Shown: positions 63,981-64,000 of the stretch, piece after piece
Layout: each line of letters starts with the position of its first letter
Position numbering within the stretch: the first letter of the stretch is position 1
Assembly (NCBI GenBank): GCA_001244265.2
Contig: CDLV01000014.1
Span: forward strand, 124,001 to 188,000
Direction: 5' to 3'
DNA from: Microbotryum violaceum
Taxonomy: Eukaryota
Length of the DNA stretch: 64,000 nt
Notes under the pieces: generated by a model
What the model saw: only the letters and a program-made list of their open reading frames with translations
What the model was told of the DNA's origin: nothing
The model's database searches: none
Made by a program: the position numbers and the translations under genes

Positions 63981-64000
63981 TTCTTGCGTGTGTGTGCGGG

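Overview
Intron-rich eukaryotic DNA from a basidiomycete fungus; gene style and transposon content suggest Microbotryomycetes such as Microbotryum, which is inference only. 1-16.8 kb is a repeat-rich accessory zone: an internally deleted Copia LTR element, a Mutator-type MITE with a 9-bp TSD and an empty-site paralog in the window, a 5'-truncated LINE tail, two oppositely oriented and probably nested Helitron remnants, and several secreted-protein genes and pseudogenes. 17.2-48.3 kb is a compact core block: a large C-terminal-TPR protein, a PNPO-like flavoprotein, RPL22, NPR3, HPM1, SF3B6/p14, KEX2, a STRAP-like WD40 protein, RSP5, a divergent Brf/TFIIB factor with a Brf2-like tail, and PEP7/VAC1. 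48.6-54.4 kb is a second accessory island with a ~1.57-kb imperfect palindrome made of two decayed Ulp1-type protease genes and a nonsense-mutated paralog of the Cys-rich secreted gene. TSR1 and STT4 close the window. Exon boundaries were read by eye from GT-AG signals and are provisional. No rRNA, tRNA or CRISPR array was seen.
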